A stretch of DNA of 64,000 nt from a virus. Taxonomy: Duplodnaviria; Caudoviricetes. Position 1 is the first letter of the stretch. The number at the start of each line of letters is the position of its first letter. Below the pieces are notes generated by a model. That model saw only the letters and a program-made list of their open reading frames with translations, was not told the origin of the DNA and made no database searches. The position numbers and the translations under genes were made by a program. Location: the IMG/VR virus record IMGVR_UViG_2913091994_000006, positions 4,043 through 68,042 of that record; one strand, written 5' to 3'. Positions 56,204 to 64,000 of this stretch are shown piece after piece.

Positions 56204-56560
56204 ATGGAGCGCTACGGTATTCAGGTTTGGGATGAGAACGGCAAGTCCACTGCCACGGGGATCACGCCTGTTCTTATACTCGACTACTTTCAGGTCAGTT
56301 CAGGGCAGACTTCCGGGACGCGTTTTTATCCGGAGCTGCCGGCAGGCGCGAGAATTAATTTTTTCGCGTTTCCGTCTGACGGCGGCTCAGGCGGGGGAGG
56401 GATCAGCCGGACAAATCGAATAAGAGGGATACGCATCAACGGGAACCAGGTAATTATTGAAGAGCTGCCCAACCCGCAGGCCGGGAGAGAGGCGCTGCCG
56501 TGGGACATGAGTATTGATTCGGAGCTTGATGTGGTGGTTTACGTGGAGAAGGTTTACTGA
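56204..56560 (+). CDS. Tail-tip associated protein
   Basis: YGIQVWDENG motif, follows J. Confidence 0.65.
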   Translation: MERYGIQVWDENGKSTATGITPVLILDYFQVSSGQTSGTRFYPELPAGARINFFAFPSDGGSGGGGISRTNRIRGIRINGNQVIIEELPNPQAGREALPWDMSIDSELDVVVYVEKVY

Positions 56561-57312
56561 TGGCGTTTGGCATTTATCTTGAAGATGAGTACGGCAATCC
56601 CTGGTGCTGGGACGGAACCCGTAATTTTCAGCTTATAGAGACACACAGTTATAACGGTGTCACTACGGGCAGTAATTACGATACCGGGATCAGTGTGTTA
56701 CGTCCGTGTTTTTTGTTCTGGCAGGTGACATGGACGCCGGATATTACCAGTATCCCCCTGATGTTTTACGGGAAAAATCCGGGCGGAAACTGGTATTACC
56801 GGTTTGATAAAGACGCTGACAGTCCGGGCTGGGACAGTAACGTTAATGTCAAAATTTTTATCTTCAGTAATTACGCGCCGGTACTCCCCCACTATGGTAT
56901 TGCAATATGGGATGAGCGTGGGGATCTGGCGTTAACCAGTGAATCAAAACTACTGCGGATAGCCGGAACCCTGGACTGTCGTGTTATTGGTGAACGTCGG
57001 GCAATTGCGGGCAGTTACGCGATTATGCCGATGATAACGGCGAGTGCAGCCTTTGACAATCTGGGGCTTGATGCAGTGATTGGGGATCTGTCGGATGAAG
57101 CTTCAGATGTGAGTTTCGGTACATCAGCGCACATTGAAGGCGGCATAACGGTGCTGACAAACGGGCTGGCAAAAAGTGGAGATCCGAACAGTTGGGGTCA
57201 CGTCAGTATCAAAGACGGGCGTTATTCCTGGTTTGAGCTGTGGGCGGGCCCCGAGGGGAAAAACATCATTAACACGCCGATACCGTATATCAATGCCGCT
57301 GAATATATTTAA
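56560..57312 (+). CDS. Tail-tip associated protein
   Basis: FGIYL...YGIAIWDERG repeat motif. Confidence 0.65.
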   Translation: MAFGIYLEDEYGNPWCWDGTRNFQLIETHSYNGVTTGSNYDTGISVLRPCFLFWQVTWTPDITSIPLMFYGKNPGGNWYYRFDKDADSPGWDSNVNVKIFIFSNYAPVLPHYGIAIWDERGDLALTSESKLLRIAGTLDCRVIGERRAIAGSYAIMPMITASAAFDNLGLDAVIGDLSDEASDVSFGTSAHIEGGITVLTNGLAKSGDPNSWGHVSIKDGRYSWFELWAGPEGKNIINTPIPYINAAEYI

Positions 57313-57334
57313 CGGGGCGTCTTGCCCCGCTGGT

Positions 57335-57769
57335 TTATGCTGCAACCTTATTAACGCTAATCTGTACGGTCCGGTTTAATTGCTGTAGTGCAAGCTCTAC
57401 TGTTTCCACCTTTGATGAGTGGCAAACATCCAGAAGGCGGTCGATTTGCGGTCCCTTCATTCCCATAGAACGCGCCAGATCGGATTTTCGTGTGCCGGTG
57501 GCAATCATTGCATTATGCAGGGCGGCCTTCATCACAACCAGCACAGGAAGGTGAATAACATATTCCCCTTCTTCTGGCTGGCTGGCAGCCGGTATTGGGC
57601 GCCGCGCATCAATTTCGATTGACAGTGCAACTATAGCCCCATCAACAGACTCAAGGAGCGCGTCATCAACACTGTCGCCTACGGAGTTAAAGAGCGGTAG
57701 ATCACGACATGTGGCAATCCAGCTTTTAGTGTCGGGATCGTGCTCAAGTTTCACGGCGTAATTAAACAT
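57335..57769 (-). CDS. hicB: HicB antitoxin
   Basis: CRDLP..SVGD, K.ALHNAM, QIDRLLD..H.SK. Confidence 0.88.
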   Translation of the reverse strand: MFNYAVKLEHDPDTKSWIATCRDLPLFNSVGDSVDDALLESVDGAIVALSIEIDARRPIPAASQPEEGEYVIHLPVLVVMKAALHNAMIATGTRKSDLARSMGMKGPQIDRLLDVCHSSKVETVELALQQLNRTVQISVNKVAA

Positions 57770-57799
57770 CGATTTTATCTCCGGTAAAAAGGTTGGGGC

Positions 57800-57982
57800 T
57801 TACAGCCCCAAATCCTTGAGTATTTTCTTTCTTAGTGGCTCCGGTATCTCTTTAGCGCCGTGGTAGGGAAATACTGATTCCCTGCCGTTTAGTATGACGC
57901 GTTGATGACTCCCGCCACCTGGCGCATTGATAAACTTTGCACCTTGTCGGATGAGCCACCGCCTGAACTCGTTGTATTTCAT
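57800..57982 (-). CDS. hicA: HicA toxin
   Basis: GSH..P.HGAKEI.EPLRKKILKDLGL. Confidence 0.9.
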   Translation of the reverse strand: MKYNEFRRWLIRQGAKFINAPGGGSHQRVILNGRESVFPYHGAKEIPEPLRKKILKDLGL

Positions 57983-58068
57983 GCGGTCTCCTTAACCAAC
58001 AAAGTAATTATATCATTGTTGTTTTAAAATGCAACATATGTGTTGTGTGTTATATTCAGGAGTAATCC

Positions 58069-59298
58069 ATGCCAATAATCTCAGGCACACTCAAAGACGG
58101 CGCCGGACAGCCCATTGCCGGTTGCACTATCCAGCTAAAGGCGATGAACACTACCAGTGCGGTAATCAGGAGCACCACCGCGAGAGTTGGCGCGAATGCT
58201 GGCGCGTACAGTATTGATGCTCAACCAGGCCGCTACGAAGTGACGCTGGCAGTAGAAGACTACCCGCCGCATAAAGTTGGCGTCATTGATGTCTACGCCG
58301 ACTCTCCGGACGGGACGCTGAATGATTTTCTGACCGCAACAAAAGCGGAGTACCTGACGCCGGATGTGATGAACCAGTTTAAGTTGCTGGCGCAGCAGTC
58401 CAGGGAAGCCGCAGAAGCGGCTGGCGTGGCCTCTCAGGGCGTATCCACGATAAAAGATGCAGCAGAAAAAGCCGCCAGTAACGCTGCTTTGTCAGAAAAC
58501 AATGCGGCAGCCTCAGCGCTGGCAGCCAGAACAAGTGAAGCCAGTGCTTCAGACTCGGCAACCAAAGCAGATGCCAGCGAGAAAGCCTCCGCGTTGCACG
58601 AGCAGTCTGGCGCAACCCACGAAACAAACGCGGGGCAAAGCGCAGCAGATGCTGCATTAAGCGCAACAAAGGCCGCTGATTCTGCATTAAACGCCGGGAA
58701 ATCCGCAACGGAAGCCGCCAGCCATGCAACTGATGTGCAAACACAGGCCGGGAATGCAGCTACCAGTGCAGGGGAAGCCCGACAGGCCGCGCTGGACGCA
58801 CAACAGGCGGCAACAAAAGCGGCAACTGACGCAGTGGCGGGCGCGGTTCCGGCAGCCGTGGAGCAGGTAAAAGCCGAAATTGCCGGAAATGTAACCCGTG
58901 CCGAGACCGCCGCCGCCAGTGCAGAGGTCAGTAATACCGGGGCGCAAAAGGCGCTGGAAGAGGCGAAGCTGATTGCGAAAACGCCGGGTGCGCCGGGTAA
59001 GGATGGAGCGCCGGGGTTACCAGGCAAGGACGGTTTACCGGGTTTACCCGGCAAAGACGGAGCACCAGGACTACCAGGACTACCGGGGCCACCCGGCGCA
59101 CCTGGTAAAGACGGCGCGCCCGGTCATGACGGCAGATCAGCTTACGGAATCTGGCTGGACAATCAGCCAGTGGGCGCAGACACCTCCATGACGGCCTTCC
59201 TTGACTCCATGAAAGGCAGTGGCGGCGGTGAAGGTAGCGGCGGTGCTGTTCCGGGCTATGGTGAAGTAGGTTCTTATGTTTGGGCGGTAATAAATTGA
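58069..59298 (+). CDS. Side tail fibre (Stf-like) with collagen-like segment; tip domain apparently cut off
   Basis: [16 protein letters not shown]-domain, Ala-rich coil, G-X-Y repeats, stop just after VGSYV. Confidence 0.8.
   Translation: MPIISGTLKDGAGQPIAGCTIQLKAMNTTSAVIRSTTARVGANAGAYSIDAQPGRYEVTLAVEDYPPHKVGVIDVYADSPDGTLNDFLTATKAEYLTPDVMNQFKLLAQQSREAAEAAGVASQGVSTIKDAAEKAASNAALSENNAAASALAARTSEASASDSATKADASEKASALHEQSGATHETNAGQSAADAALSATKAADSALNAGKSATEAASHATDVQTQAGNAATSAGEARQAALDAQQAATKAATDAVAGAVPAAVEQVKAEIAGNVTRAETAAASAEVSNTGAQKALEEAKLIAKTPGAPGKDGAPGLPGKDGLPGLPGKDGAPGLPGLPGPPGAPGKDGAPGHDGRSAYGIWLDNQPVGADTSMTAFLDSMKGSGGGEGSGGAVPGYGEVGSYVWAVIN
58987..59133 (+). repeat. Collagen-like Gly-X-Y repeat
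   Basis: [49 protein letters not shown]. Confidence 0.9.
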
Positions 59299-59320
59299 TA
59301 ATAGATTGGGGTAATACGAC

Positions 59321-59527
59321 ATGTCATCAAGTAATGTATCAATTGACGAAACCAAGGCACTTGTTCCGGGGGAACGTGTTGTGCCGGTTTTTGCTTATGC
59401 CCACGACGGCTCAATCCATAACTCGGATCAGCATCTTGCCGGAACATGGGAGGTGTGTTTCAGAGGGCGATTAGAATGGCAACCAGATCTGTATGGTGCT
59501 GTTTTTCTCCTGAAGCGGATAAGGTAG
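59321..59527 (+). pseudogene. Probable detached C-terminal tip of the tail fibre
   Basis: LAGTW...FLLKRIR resembles fibre C-termini; out of frame with the upstream ORF. Confidence 0.5.
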
Positions 59528-59536
59528 AGGCAATAT

Positions 59537-60157
59537 ATGACGACTATCACCGATGCAAAAAACGCCCGTTATAACGAGAGCGGCACCATTACCGCCGATG
59601 TTCGTTTTGATGACGAAATCGCGCCGGACGGTACGCCGCTTTATCTGCCCTATACGGCAGCGGCGCATGACCCTGCTCCGTATGGTGCGCAACTCTACGA
59701 CGACCTTGTTTCAGGTAAATATGGCAGCATTACGTCGTTCACCGTTACCCCTGAAATGCTCACCGCAGCAAAACAGGCTAAACATGCCGAGATCAACGCG
59801 TGGCGTGACGCACAGGAGAACGGCAGCATTATTTTTACCCTCAACGGTCATCGCTGGGATTGTGGTAAAGCCTCACAAACCCGCCTTGCTCCTGTTGTTG
59901 CCGTGGCCAAATCAGGCGCACTACCGCCAGGCTTCTTCTGGACAGACGCCGATAACATCGATGTACCAGTGACTGCTGACGAACTCGCCGCGCTGGAAGC
60001 CGCCATGCAGCAGAACATGGTGATGCAGGGTTTCAGAATCCACGAACGCCAGCGGCAGATGAAAGAGGAAGTGGACAAACTGACCACGATGGATGATGTG
60101 AGAGCGTACATACCGGACTGGCCGCCAGCGCCAACGCCAGCCAGCACAACTGATTAA
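59537..60157 (+). CDS. Tail fibre assembly protein (DUF4376-like)
   Basis: KHAEINAWRDAQE, WTDADN, IHERQRQMK. Confidence 0.8.
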   Translation: MTTITDAKNARYNESGTITADVRFDDEIAPDGTPLYLPYTAAAHDPAPYGAQLYDDLVSGKYGSITSFTVTPEMLTAAKQAKHAEINAWRDAQENGSIIFTLNGHRWDCGKASQTRLAPVVAVAKSGALPPGFFWTDADNIDVPVTADELAALEAAMQQNMVMQGFRIHERQRQMKEEVDKLTTMDDVRAYIPDWPPAPTPASTTD

Positions 60158-60211
60158 ACCGGAGCCGGGAAATAACCCGGTTTTTTTATGCACTTTTTCT
60201 GAGGAAATGCG

Positions 60212-60445
60212 ATGGCCACTACAGCAAAAATGATTAACCGGGACTGGCAGCAGATAACGGATGGTACGCAGACAAAGGTGATTCAGATAACCGGCTCGGC
60301 GGACGTGTGCGACAGCCCTGTTAAGCCAGGTGAAGAGCAGGCTTCTCTCAGTTTCAGTAATACTGAACTGACCATTACGCCACCCACCGCGCTGTGGATA
60401 CGCGCGTCGTGGTTTAATGGCAGCATCAGGGTAGCGATTTTATAA
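60212..60445 (+). CDS. Hypothetical protein
   Basis: RBS GAGGA; WQQITDG motif. Confidence 0.65.
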   Translation: MATTAKMINRDWQQITDGTQTKVIQITGSADVCDSPVKPGEEQASLSFSNTELTITPPTALWIRASWFNGSIRVAIL

Positions 60446-60456
60446 GAGGGCTGGTT

Positions 60457-60978
60457 ATGGCTATTTACAGCGGCTTTAACCCGATACCCCCGGTAAAGGG
60501 CCTGCATGTTAAGGGAATGATCACGCTGGGATCTGACGTGGTTATTCCTGATTCGCTCCTTCTGAAACTGAAACCGCAGAACAGTACCAGGCTGGGTTCC
60601 CCGTCCGTTCTGGGCAATACGACCAATACCCAGCTTCCGGAGCGCCGTATCCTTAATGTGGTCAACACGTATCTGAAAACGCCACTGACCGATGAAGAGC
60701 TGAAACTGATACTGGCAAACCGCTATAAGTTTGAGTTCACGATTGGCGCAGGCGACAGGCGGGAAGTCCTTAAAGAGCGATTCAGGCTGACAACCAACTG
60801 GCACGGTGAAGATGTGAATAATTTATTGCTCAGTCCCGAACCGTGGGACGGCTGGCCGCCTTACCTGTTCAGTTTCAGTTTTTCCGGCAGGACGGGAGAG
60901 ATGAGTCTGACAGACAGTCATTCAAGCGGAAACACCTACGGTGCTATACGTTATCTGACAATAAGGGTTAAGCCATGA
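60457..60978 (+). CDS. Hypothetical protein
   Basis: 173 aa ORF in the operon. Confidence 0.65.
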   Translation: MAIYSGFNPIPPVKGLHVKGMITLGSDVVIPDSLLLKLKPQNSTRLGSPSVLGNTTNTQLPERRILNVVNTYLKTPLTDEELKLILANRYKFEFTIGAGDRREVLKERFRLTTNWHGEDVNNLLLSPEPWDGWPPYLFSFSFSGRTGEMSLTDSHSSGNTYGAIRYLTIRVKP

Positions 60979-61014
60979 GCCGCTTCACAACGCCCGCTAT
61001 TCTCGAAATGCTGG
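60975..61014 (+). pseudogene. Duplicated 5' fragment of the DUF1353 gene
   Basis: Encodes MSRFTTPAILEML, identical in protein to the start at 61124. Confidence 0.8.
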
Positions 61015-61123
61015 TGAGAACCCAAAAAAAAACGGGTACATTTCTGTACCCGACAATACGGTAGTCAAACGGAACACTCTTATAAGTCACCTTTCTTATT
61101 TCATACGCAGCAGATAAAAAACT

Positions 61124-61477
61124 ATGAGCAGATTCACAACTCCGGCAATCCTTGAAATGCTGGATCATTACCTGTGGCGTGTTTACGAGCCTTTTGAATT
61201 TTACCTCAGTGACGACAACAGCGACGTGATCGAGGTTCCAGCAGGCTTTATCACTGACCTTGCGACAGTGCCGCGTATTTTCTGGGTATTGTTACCGCCA
61301 GACGGCAAATACGCCAAAGCGGCAATAATTCACGATTATCTCTACGACAACGCGCTGCGTACGAAGAAGGAGGCCGATCGCATTTTTCTTGACGGGATGA
61401 CGGTGTTAGGCGTTCCTAAGTGGAAACGGATTGTGATGTATCTGGCCGTGCGGTTGTTTGGTCGGGGGAGTTACTGA
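61124..61477 (+). CDS. DUF1353-family protein
   Basis: VPAGFITDLATVPR, AAIIHDYLY, AD.IF. Confidence 0.85.
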   Translation: MSRFTTPAILEMLDHYLWRVYEPFEFYLSDDNSDVIEVPAGFITDLATVPRIFWVLLPPDGKYAKAAIIHDYLYDNALRTKKEADRIFLDGMTVLGVPKWKRIVMYLAVRLFGRGSY

Positions 61478-61485
61478 TCGAGGTG

Positions 61486-61587
61486 TTATTTTTTCTTGTT
61501 TGCTTTTTCAATCAACGCTGGAATAACGTCAAAGCAAACGTAAAAGACCAGAAACACCAGAAAAAACGCTTCTATTGTTGCAAACAT
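61486..61587 (-). CDS. 33-aa single-TM micropeptide
   Basis: Manual translation MFATIEAFFLVFLVFYVCFDVIPALIEKANKKK. Confidence 0.45.
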   Translation of the reverse strand: MFATIEAFFLVFLVFYVCFDVIPALIEKANKKK

Positions 61588-61622
61588 ATTATGTGACACA
61601 GAACCCCCGATGGTTAGTCTTG

Positions 61623-61730
61623 CTACCTGCTTCCATTCTTGCGAAAAAAGTCATCAGCGAAAGCTGCCACGACAATAACTATCGCATAGATAACGATAAA
61701 CCCGAACAGTACAAGAACAATTGAACCCAT
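61623..61730 (-). CDS. 35-aa single-TM micropeptide
   Basis: MGSIVLVLFGFIVIYAIVIVVAAFADDFFRKNGSR; RBS GGGGA. Confidence 0.6.
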   Translation of the reverse strand: MGSIVLVLFGFIVIYAIVIVVAAFADDFFRKNGSR

Positions 61731-61948
61731 AGTTTCCCCGAAAAAAAAGAGGGGCCGGTAGCCCCTGAAATTGCTGGTTACGGTTAACAACACGGCACCT
61801 GATGGTGCTCTTTAGTAAATGGACGATTAACGCTTTATTTTTTTCGCGTATGCAGTGTGTGGATGTCAACAAAAATAGAAAGTAGGTAGATGGTTGACGC
61901 TATCAACGGGAAGGGGTTGTGAAGGATTGGGCGGGTGCATATCCGCAA

Positions 61949-62053
61949 TCAACTATCGTGACCGTGCAGATACTCATCAACAATGGCTATCATGATAATG
62001 ATAAGCGCAAAGATAACACCAATCCCGAGCAATATAAGCGCAAATTTACTCAT
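61949..62053 (-). CDS. 34-aa single-TM micropeptide (paralogue of 61623-61730)
   Basis: MSKFALILLGIGVIFALIIIMIAIVDEYLHGHDS. Confidence 0.6.
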   Translation of the reverse strand: MSKFALILLGIGVIFALIIIMIAIVDEYLHGHDS

Positions 62054-62320
62054 GGTTCCGCCAAAAAAAAGAGGGGCGTCGGATCATGCCCCTATATAAT
62101 AAAAAAATAACAACAAGGATTATATTGCATGAACCTTATTTCATACGCAGCAGATGCAGGTCAAGCCAGTAAAATGAATTGATGTTATGAGATTAAGCGA
62201 TAGGTGTGACGCCCGACAACGTGAAAGATCACCTGGAAACACGTTGCGTCGTGTATTCGGGCGTCACCTTTCACTTATGACAGGATCGGGGGAAAGCAGC
62301 AAATAAAAGCACAATAAAAA

Positions 62321-62518
62321 TTATTCGCTTTTGATGATAGTACCGAGAGAGCCTTCTCGCGGTTCTCCAACATTATTGAGCACAACATCAAATGTACCGA
62401 CCAGTAACACAGTGATGCAGATAGCCTGCACGACAACCATCAGCCACCTGAAAATAATGAACGGCAGTATTTCAGTCCAGTAAACCGATTTCTTAAAAAA
62501 CAGAATCTTCTTCAACAT
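62321..62518 (-). CDS. Small membrane protein
   Basis: MLKKILFFKK..WLMVVVQAICITVLLVGTF. Confidence 0.45.
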   Translation of the reverse strand: MLKKILFFKKSVYWTEILPFIIFRWLMVVVQAICITVLLVGTFDVVLNNVGEPREGSLGTIIKSE

Positions 62519-63098
62519 AGTCAATTCTGTTGGCAACATCCGCACGTTGAAAAGCGAACGCGATCACGGCGGGAACAAGGATGAGGGTTCGTATAACAGC
62601 TTTCATCAGTGATTCATCTGGTAAAAAAAAGGGCTACTTGCGGAGCCCTGCTTGCAACATGGATAGGAATCGACACCTTATGGCGCTCTTTATTGGGCAA
62701 ATCAAGTGCTGGGTGTCTTTTTCGTGTTTGCAGGTGGTAGTTGTCAATAAAAAAAGAAGGGCGAATCGCAAAGCCCCGCAACGTAAAAAACTGTGGGGCT
62801 TTTTTTTCAAAGATGGATGTTTTAAATTTATTTTCTTTATTTTACAGTTGGGTAGGTTGCTATTTAAAGTTCCCGAAAGGCATTTTAACCGCTGATAGTT
62901 AGTGGAGACCGCAACTCCTCGCTATGCAAGAAAGGGGAGGGGCTACGGCCAGATGGGGATCGTTCGATAGTGCGAGTATTGAATGATTGCCTGTCGCAGC
63001 GGATTGTACTTATCTAAAATGACAAAACAATGCGCTTTATCTGTAAAACTTAGTAACTGTGTCAGATGTTGGGGCAGGGAGTATGTTGAGGGAAAATA

Positions 63099-63527
63099 TT
63101 AATCTTTGCTTACTTTGCCTGTCGGGAAAAGTCCACGGATCACTCCAAGGAATGCTGCGAAAACGTTCAGTGTTACTGCTGTTGTTATAGCAATCATTAC
63201 TTCATTGGGAAAAATTTCATATCCCCAGATCTTGGATATACCATAACAAAACAAAAGTATTGCCCAACCATAAAGGGTTTTGCGGACAACCTTATAAGCT
63301 TTATCCCCAAATTTTTCCCTTAGGGCTCGGTCTGCTTTACGATCTTCAATTTCTTGAATTACTAAAGCATCAGTAAAAACATCCTTCTTCCCATGAGGAG
63401 GGACATCTTCTTGACTTATAATTTGGGAGCCAGTGGGAACCGTTTTTTCATCAAAGAATGGATTAGCATCCGGTGTGACACCCCCGGATGCTTTCGTTGT
63501 ATTGTTTTGATGAACAATGTCGGTCAT
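63099..63527 (-). CDS. Candidate PanT toxin with two TM helices
   Basis: ATGA overlap with the Panacea gene; two hydrophobic segments. Confidence 0.6.
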   Translation of the reverse strand: MTDIVHQNNTTKASGGVTPDANPFFDEKTVPTGSQIISQEDVPPHGKKDVFTDALVIQEIEDRKADRALREKFGDKAYKVVRKTLYGWAILLFCYGISKIWGYEIFPNEVMIAITTAVTLNVFAAFLGVIRGLFPTGKVSKD

Positions 63528-64000
63528 TGAGGGTGTATATACTTCTGCATTTGTTCAAGGGAAATGACGCTCCCATTGTCTGGACCCATCGACCATGCGG
63601 CACCAGGTGCATGAGTCATCGCTGAAAGCTCAGAACCCGAATACTTTCCGTAGGCAGAAGAAATCTGATCGATAAGTTGTATCGCCGACTCATCTGCGCA
63701 ATTTATCTCTGGGGTTACGATTCGCACGCCCTGAGGCGTTTGTATTATGCTGGATATCTTACGAGTTACTTGATGATATCCATACGGTTTTAGTTCTTGA
63801 TAAATAGAAGGAACTACTGGACCAAACTTCCAGCGCTCGAAATTATCATCAAATAACGGAATACCTTGGTTGAAGCGAAGATACCAAGACTGTGTATAGA
63901 AAAGCAGCTTTTGGACCTTCATCGGTGTCAGGTCAGGAATAATCCCTCTCTGAGCACGATCAATGAAGGCATTAGCTACTGCTTGTGCAGAATACGCCAT
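63524..64000 (-). CDS. Panacea (DUF4065/SocA/GepA) antitoxin
   Basis: VAN.FI, LTPMKVQKLLFY, W.FGPVVPSIY, LSAMTH....W. Confidence 0.88.
   Translation of the reverse strand: MAYSAQAVANAFIDRAQRGIIPDLTPMKVQKLLFYTQSWYLRFNQGIPLFDDNFERWKFGPVVPSIYQELKPYGYHQVTRKISSIIQTPQGVRIVTPEINCADESAIQLIDQISSAYGKYSGSELSAMTHAPGAAWSMGPDNGSVISLEQMQKYIHPQ

Noticed and set aside
58069-62900. Diversity-generating retroelement or invertase shufflon at the tail fibre
   Set aside because: No reverse transcriptase or serine invertase ORF; the duplicated DUF1353 start differs at synonymous sites, not specifically at adenines
62880-64000. attR
   Set aside because: No copy of the serU 3' end (..CCCCCTCTCTCCGCCA) found; the prophage end lies beyond the window

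Overview
Salmonella-like chromosome (tRNA-Asn, mtfA, tRNA-Ser serU) followed by a lambdoid prophage integrated at the 3' end of serU that fills 1391-64000; attR is not visible in the window. At the far left is the start of a P4-type integrase of a second element at tRNA-Asn. The prophage has integrase/excisionase, Ea/RecE/Kil early genes, a cI-cro-cII-replication-Q block that is inverted relative to lambda, a lambda-like pR' late promoter, nin-like genes, three tRNA genes, a lysis cassette, a DUF4055-portal head and a lambda-like tail tip. Accessory content includes five toxin-antitoxin pairs, an Ail/Lom OMP, and a periplasmic oxidative-stress moron (HbpS-like, HiuH, SodC1). The best candidates for undescribed systems are: (1) three copies of a covarying, pseudoknotted ~120-nt RNA motif interleaved with the phage tRNAs; (2) a DUF488 / methyltransferase-Mom(GNAT) fusion / ParB cassette next to the terminase; (3) a repeated leader-terminator-membrane micropeptide array at the right end; (4) antisense sRNA-like cassettes in the late region; (5) a three-copy leftward promoter motif. 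All family assignments come from motif recognition by eye; no searches were run.
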